From the IMG/VR virus record IMGVR_UViG_3300045988_155182: DNA of 64,000 nucleotides; one strand, written 5' to 3'. The notes beneath the pieces are model-generated. The model searched no databases. It saw only the letters and a program-made list of their open reading frames with translations, and was not told where the DNA came from. A program made the position numbers and the translations under genes. Numbering within the stretch: position 1 is the stretch's first letter; each line of letters starts with the position of its first letter. This DNA comes from a virus. Lineage: Duplodnaviria; Heunggongvirae; Uroviricota; Caudoviricetes. Below, piece by piece: positions 28,965 through 39,210 of this stretch.

Positions 28965-29795
28965 ATGAAGAAAGGTTTACTTGCAGTTGCTCTGGCGGCT
29001 ATTTGCACAATGGGTCTTACTGGCTGCGATCGCGTGGAGCCTGGATACGTTGGCATCAAAGTAAACAAATTAGGTGAAGACAAAGGGATTGGTGAAGTGG
29101 TTGGCGTTGGTCGCCAATGGACAGGTCTTAACACCGAACTTTACGTATTCCCGACCTTCAAACAAATGAAGACCTACGACGAGCCGTTCACATTCCAGAT
29201 GAGTGACGGTACTGCTATTGGTCACAAAATTGGCGTTGCGTATCTGGTTAATCGTGACAAGGTAACGACGGTGTTCCAGACCTATCGCAAAGGCGTAGAC
29301 GATATCACCGAATCAGATCTGCGTCAGAAAATTGCCGACTCTCTAAACCGTTTGGCCAGCCGTATGACCACTGACTCATTTATCGACGGTGGTAAGGCAC
29401 AATTGCTGGACAACGCACTGAAAGATATTCAGAAAGAGATGTCTCCGGTTGGTATTGAGGTACTGAGCCTGTCATGGGTTGGAAAGCCTGATTACCCAAA
29501 AACTGTCATTGAATCTATTAACGCCAAAGTAACGGCTAACCAGCGTACTCTGCAACGTCAGCAGGAAGTTGAACAACGTAAAGCTGAGGCGAATATGCTA
29601 CGTGAACAGGCTAATGGTGAAGCTGATGCTATCCGTGCTCGTGCGCAAGCAGAAGCAGACGCCATTCGTCTGCGCGGTGAAGCTCTGCGTCAAAACCCGA
29701 ACGTTATGGAACTGGAAGCCATCAATAAATGGAATGGCCAGTTACCGCAGTACATGACTCAAGGGGCTAACACTCCTTTCATTACAGTGAAATAA
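28965..29795 (+). CDS. SPFH/band-7 (prohibitin-like) lipoprotein
   Basis: Signal peptide with lipobox LTGC; A/E/R-rich coiled region (EADAIRARAQAEADAIRLRGEALRQNP) typical of HflK/C-like SPFH proteins. Confidence 0.55.
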   Translation: MKKGLLAVALAAICTMGLTGCDRVEPGYVGIKVNKLGEDKGIGEVVGVGRQWTGLNTELYVFPTFKQMKTYDEPFTFQMSDGTAIGHKIGVAYLVNRDKVTTVFQTYRKGVDDITESDLRQKIADSLNRLASRMTTDSFIDGGKAQLLDNALKDIQKEMSPVGIEVLSLSWVGKPDYPKTVIESINAKVTANQRTLQRQQEVEQRKAEANMLREQANGEADAIRARAQAEADAIRLRGEALRQNPNVMELEAINKWNGQLPQYMTQGANTPFITVK

Positions 29796-29811
29796 CTCCC
29801 CTTAAAAGTTC

Positions 29812-29838
29812 AGGCGTCCAGTTGGACGCCTTTTTTAT
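29812..29838 (+). terminator. Rho-independent terminator
   Basis: aggcgtcc agtt ggacgcc followed by ttttttat. Confidence 0.65.
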
Positions 29839-29886
29839 CGCAATTATCTTATTAAGAAAACAATTTGTTTAAAGGGTTAAGAAAAT

Positions 29887-30312
29887 ATGACAGCTATTAA
29901 GAAACTCTACGATGCCGCAAACGCGGCTCTGGATGTTATTGATGATGAAGTATCAAAAGGCTTTCCTGAACCTGATTGGGCGCATCAGCTACGAAACGCT
30001 ATCGCCGAAATGAATCCACCAGATCCGACCACCGAGGAGACAGACTGGCAGCGATTCATCCGTATGTACGCTCAGGAAATAGGTCCAACGCCAACGGCAG
30101 AGCAGGCAATGCTGCTGAAATACTTCAAAGAGGCGGGAGAGGATTTACCAATTGATGACTCAGCATATTGGTTCCACTGCGCATGGCGTAAGTATGACGT
30201 GATATTCACACAAGGCATGGGAAGCAAAGATATGGTTGTGTGGCATCTACTCCATATAGACACAGCCGTTGACAGAGTTATTGAACAGTTTTTCCCTAAA
30301 CAAGAAGATTGA
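29887..30312 (+). CDS. Hypothetical protein
   Basis: 141 aa; AAACAATTTGTTTAAA motif about 30 bp upstream. Confidence 0.4.
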   Translation: MTAIKKLYDAANAALDVIDDEVSKGFPEPDWAHQLRNAIAEMNPPDPTTEETDWQRFIRMYAQEIGPTPTAEQAMLLKYFKEAGEDLPIDDSAYWFHCAWRKYDVIFTQGMGSKDMVVWHLLHIDTAVDRVIEQFFPKQED

Positions 30313-30367
30313 TCGCCTATTCATAACTAACAAAATAAGTAAACACTAACCACAAAAGGAAAAACAC

Positions 30368-30643
30368 ATGAGAGTTTTAGTTCGAATCGTTACCAGCACT
30401 GTCTATGACGTGTTTCCGGTTTTTATGGTCAAAGCCGATGGCCTTAACGACGAAGAAACTGACGCGCTGATCCAGCGTATTCTCGTTGAATATACAGGTC
30501 ATGACGCTGATTCAGTGATGGTTGATGATGATGGTGTTTGTTGGCATAACGGCAACTGTTGGTACGTAGAAGAGACTCAACAAATCAGTGATGAAGATGC
30601 CGAACATCTTGAGCGTATTTTAAGCATCAGCACTTTTGAGTGA
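30368..30643 (+). CDS. Hypothetical acidic protein
   Basis: 91 aa; conserved aaaaacacATG start context. Confidence 0.35.
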   Translation: MRVLVRIVTSTVYDVFPVFMVKADGLNDEETDALIQRILVEYTGHDADSVMVDDDGVCWHNGNCWYVEETQQISDEDAEHLERILSISTFE

Positions 30644-30858
30644 GTTTACAGTAAAATTTATATAAGTTAGTATCTACCTATCATGAAGATTTTTATTGAA
30701 TACTTGTTACTCATCGTTTCAATAGCTTTTGTCATCGACTGCATTTTCACTGGTGTCATTCGTAAAGTCTTTTCCCCGGTGCACGACGTAGTCATAAACG
30801 CTTTGGCTATCGTGCTCGTATTTAATTCAGCATTTGATGTAATCAAAGAGGTGGCAGC

Positions 30859-31194
30859 ATGAAGGCCATCCCATTCGCGCTGTTGTTCCTTTCTTCGATC
30901 GTTGTGGCCGACACCACTGTTTATCAGTGTGAAATGTCTGTAGCCGACGTTAAGAATGGCGCTCTTACCGACGTCATAAAAGCACCATATGGAGCGATGG
31001 TCGTAGACAGCGGCGACCAGTTCTATGTTGTGCGTGACGATCGAGTGTTGTCATCCCCATATCTCACAAATCGTAATGGCAAATTAACCGGCGTCGGAGA
31101 AGACCACTTCGTATACAACAAATACAAGGGCTTCTATGGCGTTCACGCTTCTCAGCAAAGCTACCTTTTCGATGACTGCAAGGAGGTTGGATAA
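30859..31194 (+). CDS. Hypothetical secreted protein
   Basis: N-terminal signal-peptide-like segment MKAIPFALLFLSSIVVA. Confidence 0.35.
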   Translation: MKAIPFALLFLSSIVVADTTVYQCEMSVADVKNGALTDVIKAPYGAMVVDSGDQFYVVRDDRVLSSPYLTNRNGKLTGVGEDHFVYNKYKGFYGVHASQQSYLFDDCKEVG

Positions 31195-31406
31195 TGGCAT
31201 TAACACTGGCAGGTCTGGAAATCGAGAAAACAAGCGGCTACTGGCGTGCTAAGGGTTTCAAGCAGCCTGGCATTCTTGAGCGTCTGGAACGTGAAGATGG
31301 GTATATCGTCCACCAGCGGCGTGAATGGCGTATGTACGATCCAGAAACAGGAAAACTGACTACAAAAGCCGGAACACTTTGGGGTCTGTTGAAGAAAATA
31401 CACTAA
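31194..31406 (+). CDS. Hypothetical small protein
   Basis: 70 aa; start overlaps the upstream stop. Confidence 0.3.
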   Translation: MALTLAGLEIEKTSGYWRAKGFKQPGILERLEREDGYIVHQRREWRMYDPETGKLTTKAGTLWGLLKKIH

Positions 31407-31413
31407 TAGCACC

Positions 31414-31895
31414 AACCACTGCGGTGAGTAGTCTGCTCACCGCATTCGTATCCAGCTCATTATCCACTGTAGTCAGTAACAAAACCTTCCTACATATCTG
31501 CTAACCACTGTAGCGAGTAGACAGCCTTTCATTCGCATCAAACAACCACTATGGTGAGTATTGGAGTGAGATGTCCAGCGGGTATCCACTATGGTGAGTA
31601 AGCCTTTGCTGTTTTCAGTGGATATCCACTCGCCACAGTGGATACGCTCAAAGATGAGGGCGACAACAACCACTATAGACAGTAAATTTTCCAAGATACC
31701 CAGTGACCACTAACCTCGCAGCCCTTGTTTCATCAGTGTTAGTGATCACTAACATTTAATTCAGTATTTGCATTCTACTGCCTACAGTGGTTATCAACAG
31801 ATAACGATACTCACTATAGTGGATAGCGAATTACAGATATAAGTAAGGCTCACTACAGTGGATAGTGAGCCTTACTACTAACTACAGTGGTTGGG
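31414..31895. repeat. Iteron array downstream of repA (copy-control/inc-like), about 12 units in mixed orientation
   Basis: Repeated CCACTATAGTG / CACTATAGTGGATA-type units, e.g. aaccactgcggtgagtag, atccactatggtgagta, ctcactatagtggatag. Confidence 0.75.
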
Positions 31896-32951
31896 CTATT
31901 TGCGAGTCTTTGCCTTGCGCAACTCTTCGAGAAGCGCCAGTTCTTCTTTACTCAACATGACCATTTTGCCTTCTTTTTCGTCAGGCACAACGTCGATAAT
32001 GTCATCTTGATTCTCATCTGGGAGGCTATATTCCGTCTCATCATTATCGATTTTTGTTGATATTTGTGCCTGGCGTAACTTTGGCCGCCTATAGTGGATG
32101 ACGAAGTAGACCGAGTTTCCGCGCTTAACTTCCGTGTAATCGAGATATCCTATCTCTCGCAGCTGTTCCATAGCCTTTCTTACCGTCGCATTCTGAGTAA
32201 TAGTGCGACTTGTCAGATTAAGTCTGGCGCGTAAACGGGCTAGTGATATTGGTGCCGGATCAGGCGGCAAACTTTCAATAAAAGTATAAAGCGCCTGAGC
32301 GGATTCTTTTCTTGAGAGTTCGTTTATAGCCCGGAGTTGCAGAAGAACCTTTTTGTCGAACTGGTAGAGTTCGAAAATCTTGGGATCTGCTTTCAGTTCG
32401 ACCGTATCGTGCTTGACACTATATTTTGCCGTTTGCACAAGATGCGTTACGTAAAACTCATCAGAGCCTTTGCTACGGAACGAGATGGTATTTGTGGCAA
32501 TACGGCTTAGCGAACTGTCCAGGCGTTTGCGTAACTTCGCTGATGACCTGGCGGTCGGAATGCCACACAGCCTTACAAACTCAACGAACGGCAACGTGAC
32601 AGTATCGCCAACGACCTTGTGTTTGGCAAACGCGTGGATTATTCCCACCCACGTTTTAAAGTCGTTATCCATATCAAGCCGAAGGCCAGAGATCCTTATG
32701 TCTTCGTACCCTTCGGCTTTTGCCAGAGACAGCTGTTTGAGTTCAGCAGAGGCATCCATAGAGACCATTTGCCCCTTTCTTCCTCTGGATGTCGATTTCA
32801 GCGTCGGAACGAAGAGGCCCAGACGCATCAAAGCAACAGGCTGAACAGTGTTATTAGTGTTAGGAACCAACGTAACAACTTCGCCTGTCTTTTTATCTGT
32901 TTCTGAAAATGCTTCAACGATCGCTATGTTTTTATTGCCGTTTTCGCTCAT
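31896..32951 (-). CDS. repA: Iteron-binding plasmid replication initiator (RepA, P1/IncFIB-like architecture)
   Basis: 351 aa gene flanked on both sides by arrays of 21-22 bp iterons, with DnaA boxes and GATC clusters upstream of its 5' end; protein reads as RepA-like ([18 protein letters not shown]) from memory. Confidence 0.75.
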   Translation of the reverse strand: MSENGNKNIAIVEAFSETDKKTGEVVTLVPNTNNTVQPVALMRLGLFVPTLKSTSRGRKGQMVSMDASAELKQLSLAKAEGYEDIRISGLRLDMDNDFKTWVGIIHAFAKHKVVGDTVTLPFVEFVRLCGIPTARSSAKLRKRLDSSLSRIATNTISFRSKGSDEFYVTHLVQTAKYSVKHDTVELKADPKIFELYQFDKKVLLQLRAINELSRKESAQALYTFIESLPPDPAPISLARLRARLNLTSRTITQNATVRKAMEQLREIGYLDYTEVKRGNSVYFVIHYRRPKLRQAQISTKIDNDETEYSLPDENQDDIIDVVPDEKEGKMVMLSKEELALLEELRKAKTRK

Positions 32952-32995
32952 TCCAAATGTCTCTTGTTATTCGACGGCTTTGGTGGCCTTTGCTG

Positions 32996-33115
32996 ATTAC
33001 AGTGGATAGTAGCACTCATCACAGCGGTTATCCTACCGTCTATAGTGGTTTTTCTCCTCTCTATAGTGGTTGCTTTGCTCCCTATAGTGGATTATTCGCT
33101 CTCTATAGTGGATAT
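32996..33115. repeat. Origin iterons: six direct repeats of about 21 bp upstream of repA
   Basis: Units ending in ctatagtggWT spaced 20-22 bp apart (ctctctatagtggttgc, ccctatagtggatta, ctctctatagtggatatc). Confidence 0.8.
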
Positions 33116-33149
33116 CGATCATGTCTGAAGGCAGATGGCACAACGGTTT

Positions 33150-33285
33150 GAGGTGGGCGGGGATCTTATTGGGTCTTTATGGGTCTCTTTGGTTCTCTTT
33201 GTGATCTGAATTACTGGATCGGGCCTGTGGATAAAAATCAGAGGATTTCAAGAACAGGTAACTCTACTCTTCTGTGGATATTTAA
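33150..33285. promoter_or_regulatory. Origin accessory region: GATC sites plus DnaA boxes
   Basis: GATC at 33163, 33204, 33217; perfect DnaA box tgtggataa at 33227-33235 and an 8/9 box at 33274-33282. Confidence 0.65.
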
Positions 33286-33392
33286 GGACATAAGAATCAT
33301 GACTAAGAGTAGAGTTTAAAATATATCTATGTATATCAGTATGTTAATGAAGAATTAAGTCATTAAGTTATCCATAAAAGACAATGTGCTCT

Positions 33393-33610
33393 ACTCTCTA
33401 CAGTGGATATATACAGCTCTCCAGAGTGGTTGTTTTACTCTTCATAGCGGTTATTCAGCTCTCTACAGAGGTTTCTTTGCTCTCCATAGTGGATGGCAAC
33501 ACCCTTTCAGACCAGTAACCGCAACGGCTAGAGGCGATCGGGGATCTCTTTGGATCTTCTATTTGATCTTACTTGGGATCTCTTATTTGGATCTATCCAG
33601 TGGATAACTG
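33393..33610. repeat. Second origin-like module: five iterons, five phased GATC sites and a DnaA-box-like site
   Basis: Iterons at 33393-33496 (ctctctacagtggatat, ctctccatagtggatgg); GATC at 33543, 33553, 33565, 33577, 33590 at 10-13 bp spacing; agtggataa at 33598-33606. Confidence 0.65.
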
Positions 33611-33694
33611 GGATAAGTAAAACAGGCAAATGCAGATTAAGGTATGCCTAATGAGTTATCGTAGCATCGGCCAATAACTACTGAAAAAACGATT

Positions 33695-34339
33695 ATGGAT
33701 CTAAAACGCACGCGCTGGGTTCGTCGTCTTGAGGACGGCTCCTACACTATCGAATCAAATTCCAACCTGAATAAGCAGAAGTTACTTTGTGATATCTGCG
33801 GTATAGCGGCGAAGTGCCCGATCTACGAAACCAGAATTAAACTTGATAAGGCTGGTGTGAACTTTCATTTGAATAGTTGTATCAGGTACGTTCCATTGCT
33901 CGCATTTCGTAAACCGATCATCGGATTGGATGCGCCCTACTTCAACACACTCCGTTCAGGAGTAACGTGGCGAGATCGTTTATCACCAGACAAACTGATT
34001 TGCCTTGTATCCGCAGATACAGGAAAAATCATTCGTTTTGGGAAAGTAGACAAGGTTTACTCAGGCCCAGTTGACGAGATGTTGCGGAAACACAGCCGGT
34101 TTAATCACCTCTGCATGGGTGGTGAGAAAATCGAGAAGGTTGAAGAAGTGATCCGCAAATCCTACGGACACTTCCTGACCAAAGATAGCCTGCTCACTGC
34201 AATCTACATCAGACATGTAAAACGTGAGTTCGACCTTGAATACCATAGCGAAGAAGAACTGAACCTTGTCGATCCACGTCCTAAAGCTGGCGTCATAAGC
34301 ATAAATGCAGCGCGTAAAAAGCCCACTGACGCGCTGTAA
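33695..34339 (+). CDS. Hypothetical protein adjacent to the origin
   Basis: 214 aa ORF with ATG start. Confidence 0.35.
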   Translation: MDLKRTRWVRRLEDGSYTIESNSNLNKQKLLCDICGIAAKCPIYETRIKLDKAGVNFHLNSCIRYVPLLAFRKPIIGLDAPYFNTLRSGVTWRDRLSPDKLICLVSADTGKIIRFGKVDKVYSGPVDEMLRKHSRFNHLCMGGEKIEKVEEVIRKSYGHFLTKDSLLTAIYIRHVKREFDLEYHSEEELNLVDPRPKAGVISINAARKKPTDAL

Positions 34340-34593
34340 CCCTCCAGATCGTATATTGGCGTAGATAGAATCTACGCCCCCTCAAAATAGCTCTCATAGC
34401 GTTCTACAGTGATCCTGTCTTATTTTTAGTCATACAGACAAGCAAAGTTGCGCCACGATAAATAGGTATATACTTACTTATAAATTTTGTATATTAAGGC
34501 GCTCGTTTCATTCCTAACATACCGTTATGCATAGTTGTTTACCTCCTCATTGCTCTTAGAATTTGTATCAAAATAACCACAAAGGAAAAACAC

Positions 34594-35679
34594 ATGACTT
34601 TGCCATACGGCGTCATTTCTGACTGCCACTACCACAAATGGGATGCGTTCTCCACGACGAACGCTGAGGGGCTTAACTCCAGACTTGAAATACAGTTGGA
34701 AGCAACGAAAGAAGCAGCCATCGCCATGAAGAAGGCCGGTTGTAAGTACATGTTGGTTGCCGGTGATACATTTCACGTCCGAGGAACTGTGTCCCCTTCT
34801 GTTTTGCATTACGTAACTGAAACGTACAAGTGGATTATCAACGAGCTTGATCTGACAGTAGTAATGCTGGCCGGTAATCACGATCTTGAAACCAACGATT
34901 CAGTATATAGCGCCAACGCAGCAGCATCGCTGAGTTCTATCGGCGTGGTAATCGTATGTGGCAAGCGCCCACACTCAATAAAAATTGGCGATGTGACTGT
35001 CCACCTGATTAGCTGGCGTAACAATCATGCGGAGCTTATCAGCGATCTGAAAGCATTACGTAAGAGCGTAGAAGGTGATAATCATGACGTTGTTATCCAT
35101 ACATCCATTAACAAAGCCATTCCAACAATGCCTGACGTCGGTATCGATGCGCAGGAGTTAAAGGATATCGGCTTTCGTCTCGTGCTTAGTGGGCATTACC
35201 ACAACCACAAAGAGGTCATTCCTGGAGTTATCAGTGTCGGTGCACTGACTCATCAAAATTGGGGAGATGTTGGATCTCTGGCTGGCTACATGATCGTAAA
35301 CCCGGACGGCAGTTTCAGTCACTACGAAACCAGTGCGCCTAAATTCATTAACCTGGAAGATGATGTTGCTGATGACCAAATTCGCGGCAACTACGTGCGT
35401 TTCCGCGCCGTAATTGAGAACGATGAAGAAGGCATTAAGTACCAGAACATCCTCAAAACAATGGGTGCAAAAGGTGTCGTGTGCAACTTCATCCGTAAGT
35501 CATCAATGATGGAAGGTACAGCCAGCACAACTGAAACCAGCAAAATCGATAGCCTGGGAGAGTCGGTATCTGCTTATTGCAAGATTGTCCACGATACTGA
35601 CGGCGGATTTGATCTGAGCAAATTGGATATTTTGTGTCAGGAAATCCTCACCGAAGCGGAGAGTTCGGAGGCTGTGTGA
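34594..35679 (+). CDS. SbcD/Mre11/T4 gp47-like nuclease (calcineurin-like phosphoesterase)
   Basis: Phosphoesterase motifs DCHYH, GDTFHV, GNHDLE, SGHYHNH; conserved aaaaacacATG start. Confidence 0.75.
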   Translation: MTLPYGVISDCHYHKWDAFSTTNAEGLNSRLEIQLEATKEAAIAMKKAGCKYMLVAGDTFHVRGTVSPSVLHYVTETYKWIINELDLTVVMLAGNHDLETNDSVYSANAAASLSSIGVVIVCGKRPHSIKIGDVTVHLISWRNNHAELISDLKALRKSVEGDNHDVVIHTSINKAIPTMPDVGIDAQELKDIGFRLVLSGHYHNHKEVIPGVISVGALTHQNWGDVGSLAGYMIVNPDGSFSHYETSAPKFINLEDDVADDQIRGNYVRFRAVIENDEEGIKYQNILKTMGAKGVVCNFIRKSSMMEGTASTTETSKIDSLGESVSAYCKIVHDTDGGFDLSKLDILCQEILTEAESSEAV

Positions 35680-35908
35680 AGCAAAGTCGTTATGGGAGCT
35701 TTCGAGACTTTGCCATCACGATGAAAAGACTTGAACGAGGCCAGACGGTGATGTTTCACAAGCCCTACCCGCCACAAGGAAATCCCGTAGCGTTTTATCT
35801 TGGAAGGTTAACAAGAAAAGGCGTATTGAGGCGCAGATCCTTCCCGGCGCATACGGAGTTCAGATTGAAAGAAGGCCAAAAGCTAACACACGGTATCAGA
35901 GGTGTTAT

Positions 35909-37825
35909 ATGAAGTTTTTAAAGCTCCAGGTTGAGAATTTTATGGCTATCGCCAGCGCGGAGGTCGAGTTAGATCAGCGTGGTTTAGTGCTTATTCAGGG
36001 TGTTAATAGTGATGATAGTTCCGCATCAAGTAATGGCTCTGGAAAGTCAACTCTAATGAATAGCCTGATGTGGTGTCTTTATGGCGAAACAGCTCATGGT
36101 GTGAAGGGTGACGATGTGTTGTCTACCGACCATGAAAAGAACTGTCGTGTTGCAGTAACCATCGAGGATGAAGGCAAGAGATACGCAATCATTCGTCACC
36201 GTAAACACAAAGAGTTCAAAAATCGTCTTATCGTTCGTGGTGAAGATGGCGATATGACGAAAGGCAAAGATGCGCTGACGCAGGAGTTCGTCGAGCGTCT
36301 GATCGGTGCATCTAAAGAGGTTTTCATGGCTTCCATCTATGCGAGCCAAGAAGCTATGCCAGATTTACCTGGAATGTCCGACAAAAACCTCAAAACCATC
36401 GTAGAAGAAGCCGCTGGCGTTGACAGACTGACACGCGCCTACGCTATTGCTCGTGAGCGAGCTAATGCAGCTGCCGCACGTATGGATGTGGTTAAAACCA
36501 AATTGGAGTCGACAATCTCGACCATTGAGGCAACACAGTCAGAAATTGAGTCAGCGAAAGCCTCCTCTGAATCATGGGAGCAAGAGCGTTCTAAACGTTA
36601 TGACGATGCCCTGGCTGGGCTGGCCAGTGCCGAAGTTGAGTTAACGGAAGTTGAACTTGAGATCCGCACTCTTCCCGAACAGATACGTGATACCGAGAAG
36701 GCAATCGAAAGTGAGCGCAAAAAGTTAGCCTCAAAAGAAGAACATGACGCCAAGTTGCTCAAAGTTCGTGGTGCGATAACTGATATTCGGGCAAGCATCA
36801 AAGCTACAGAAAATAGTCAGGCTGATGCAATGAACCGCGCGCGTAATTTTAAGACCAAAGCAGAAGAGGTTGGTACTAAAGTGGGATCACCATGCCCTAC
36901 TTGTGGCAAAGCCTACTGCGAAGAAGATCTATCAACGGTGAAGGAGAGTTTCATTGAACAAGCACGTCAGGAAATTGGTCAGGCGAAGACACTTGCAGAG
37001 GCAATGGCTAAACACAAAACGAATCTTGAGAAAGCGTTAAGCATTGAGTCTGCCCTTGTTAAAACGACACCTGATGTAACGGCTATCATTGCCCGGATTG
37101 AAGAGCTTACGAAACAACTCTCATCTTTGCGTCATCGTGAGAAGGAGGTTGTTGCTATTGAGTCTCTTGTGACTCGTGCTCGTACTGAGGTCGATCGTAT
37201 ATCAAAAGAGATTAATCCGTTTATTGCTCTTATCGCCAGACACGAAGATAACTTGGTATCCAGTAAGTCTACCTTCAAGTCCTTAAAAGATGAGTTGAAG
37301 GCTATTCAGGAACAAACGTTGCTATTGGAAAAAGCTCGTCAGGTCTACTCTCCTGCCGGGGTGCGTTCTCATATTTTGACGTCTGTTACGCCTTTCCTGA
37401 ATACACGCACTGCCGAGTATCTCAATACGTTGTCTGACGGGAATATTACTGCTGAGTGGTCGACGATGGATGTCACTAAAAAAGGTGAGTATCGCGACAA
37501 ATTCAACATTAGTGTGCAGAAGAAAGGTTCAAGTAAGTCGTTCCAGACCCTCTCTGGTGGTGAGAAGCGGAAGGTTCGCATTGCGTGTTCTTTGGCATTG
37601 CAGGATCTGGTTAGTAACCGGGCTAGTAAAAACATCGATTTGTTTATCGGCGACGAAATTGACGATGCACTCGATACAGCCGGTCTTGAACGCCTCATGG
37701 GTATTCTGGAGTCCAAAGCTCGCGAGCGAGGTACTGTGCTGATTATCTCCCATAAAGAGATGAAGTCATGGTTCAGGGAAACTATTACGCTGGAAGTTAA
37801 AGAGGGGCGCAGCTATGTCGTTTAA
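35909..37825 (+). CDS. SbcC/Rad50/T4 gp46-like ATPase
   Basis: N-terminal Walker A NGSGKSTLMNSL, central coiled coil with CxxC zinc hook (CPTCGKAYC), C-terminal ABC signature LSGGEKRK and Walker B LFIGDEIDDALD. Confidence 0.8.
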   Translation: MKFLKLQVENFMAIASAEVELDQRGLVLIQGVNSDDSSASSNGSGKSTLMNSLMWCLYGETAHGVKGDDVLSTDHEKNCRVAVTIEDEGKRYAIIRHRKHKEFKNRLIVRGEDGDMTKGKDALTQEFVERLIGASKEVFMASIYASQEAMPDLPGMSDKNLKTIVEEAAGVDRLTRAYAIARERANAAAARMDVVKTKLESTISTIEATQSEIESAKASSESWEQERSKRYDDALAGLASAEVELTEVELEIRTLPEQIRDTEKAIESERKKLASKEEHDAKLLKVRGAITDIRASIKATENSQADAMNRARNFKTKAEEVGTKVGSPCPTCGKAYCEEDLSTVKESFIEQARQEIGQAKTLAEAMAKHKTNLEKALSIESALVKTTPDVTAIIARIEELTKQLSSLRHREKEVVAIESLVTRARTEVDRISKEINPFIALIARHEDNLVSSKSTFKSLKDELKAIQEQTLLLEKARQVYSPAGVRSHILTSVTPFLNTRTAEYLNTLSDGNITAEWSTMDVTKKGEYRDKFNISVQKKGSSKSFQTLSGGEKRKVRIACSLALQDLVSNRASKNIDLFIGDEIDDALDTAGLERLMGILESKARERGTVLIISHKEMKSWFRETITLEVKEGRSYVV

Positions 37826-38558
37826 ATTAAGCCGCTCGCAGTTTTTGCAGGTATTTGCAGTGATGCAGTCGATAAAACTGATCAATGGGCATACTTCCAA
37901 TGGTGCGGCTCCACGTATTCTGTGGGGCAGCAACAATATTGACGGAGTACAATTCGCCGCGTTGCTTGGTCTAATATCCGAGACGCCATTGATGCAAAGT
38001 TTGAAATCACTACCACCTGGATGTATTGCGCCGATCCTGATTAATCCTTTTGTTGAGGGGGGATATCTTCCCAACGTCGGGCCTGGGTTTATTGCATCCC
38101 ATGAAACTGAAGATCTTAACATTAATAGCGAAGGGTTCTTTGGGGGAATGGGTGCGCATCACTGTATGGCTTTCACGAACCTTATTCGACTTGCCAATAA
38201 GCGGGTGGATAGTTTGGCATCGCCAGGTGATGCTTTTACTGGTTTCCTTATCCAAAGGAGGGATAAAAAGTACAGTGCGGACAAACTACAGTTTGTTGGT
38301 AAGTATGGAGAAATGGTAGAAATCGAACTTCAGCTCCCTCATGTTTTAGCAAACGATAGTGCAGACAGTCGGAGGCTATTGGGCATCATGCGTCATTTCA
38401 TAGCAAGTGGTGTTAAACATGCCGCAGATAAACGTGTCACGCAGGAAAATGAGTATTCAGACTTTGCAAACTATCCCCAACCAACGTTGCAAACGGCAAT
38501 AGTAGCCAATTCGTTGGAGGCGAGATTATTGGAAAACCCTATATGGGGAACATGGTAA
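37815..38558 (+). CDS. Hypothetical protein
   Basis: 247 aa; start overlaps the upstream gene's 3' end. Confidence 0.35.
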   Translation: MSFKLSRSQFLQVFAVMQSIKLINGHTSNGAAPRILWGSNNIDGVQFAALLGLISETPLMQSLKSLPPGCIAPILINPFVEGGYLPNVGPGFIASHETEDLNINSEGFFGGMGAHHCMAFTNLIRLANKRVDSLASPGDAFTGFLIQRRDKKYSADKLQFVGKYGEMVEIELQLPHVLANDSADSRRLLGIMRHFIASGVKHAADKRVTQENEYSDFANYPQPTLQTAIVANSLEARLLENPIWGTW

Positions 38559-38567
38559 GGAGACTAT

Positions 38568-39137
38568 ATGAGTAAAAAAATCAGCGTAGTTGGTGTTGAT
38601 CCCTCAATGAGCAACTTTGGGCTTGCTGTGGGCACTTTAGACCTTGAGACGGACGAACTTGAGATTCACGGCCTTACTCTTGTTGAGACTAAAGCGGGGA
38701 GTAACAAAAAGACCGTTCGTGTGAACAGTGACGATCTGCGCCGCGCCAGTGAAATATGGCGTGTTGCGAAGCCAATCATTGATAAGGCAAATATGGTTTT
38801 TTGTGAGCTACCGGTTGGGAGCCAAAACTCTCGTTCGCAGACGTCTTACGGTATTTGTATAGGTGTACTTGCGTGTGTGGATAAGCCATTGATCCAGGTT
38901 ACTCCAAACGAAATCAAGCATTTTGTCGGCAATAAACTTACTACATCGAAAGAAGAGATTATCCAGTGGGCTACGAAAAAACACCCTAAAGCACCGTGGC
39001 TGCGTCGTAAGCAATCTGGACAGGATGTTCTCGTGAACAAAAACGAACATTTGGCTGATGCGGTGGCTGCCATCCATACCGGTATGCAAACAGATCAGTT
39101 CCGCCAGGTGCGCGATGTTCTTAAGTCTCTCATTTGA
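38568..39137 (+). CDS. RuvC-like Holliday-junction resolvase (tentative)
   Basis: N-terminal VVGVDPSMSNFGLAV resembles the RuvC GIDPG start; position after the SbcCD-like genes fits a recombination module. Confidence 0.45.
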   Translation: MSKKISVVGVDPSMSNFGLAVGTLDLETDELEIHGLTLVETKAGSNKKTVRVNSDDLRRASEIWRVAKPIIDKANMVFCELPVGSQNSRSQTSYGICIGVLACVDKPLIQVTPNEIKHFVGNKLTTSKEEIIQWATKKHPKAPWLRRKQSGQDVLVNKNEHLADAVAAIHTGMQTDQFRQVRDVLKSLI

Positions 39138-39171
39138 TTTCATTGATAGGTAAGTGCTTATCTATTAACAT

Positions 39172-39202
39172 GGGCCACTATATTTAGTGGCCCTCTTTAT
39201 TT
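39172..39202 (+). terminator. Hairpin terminator before nrdA
   Basis: gggccacta tattt agtggccc followed by tctttattt. Confidence 0.55.
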
Positions 39203-39210
39203 GGTGATAC

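Noticed and set aside
31414-33500. Arrays of short regularly spaced repeats that could superficially resemble a CRISPR array
   Set aside because: Units are 21-22 bp with only short variable linkers, occur in both orientations, flank a rep gene and co-occur with DnaA boxes and GATC clusters, so they are iterons; no cas genes are present.
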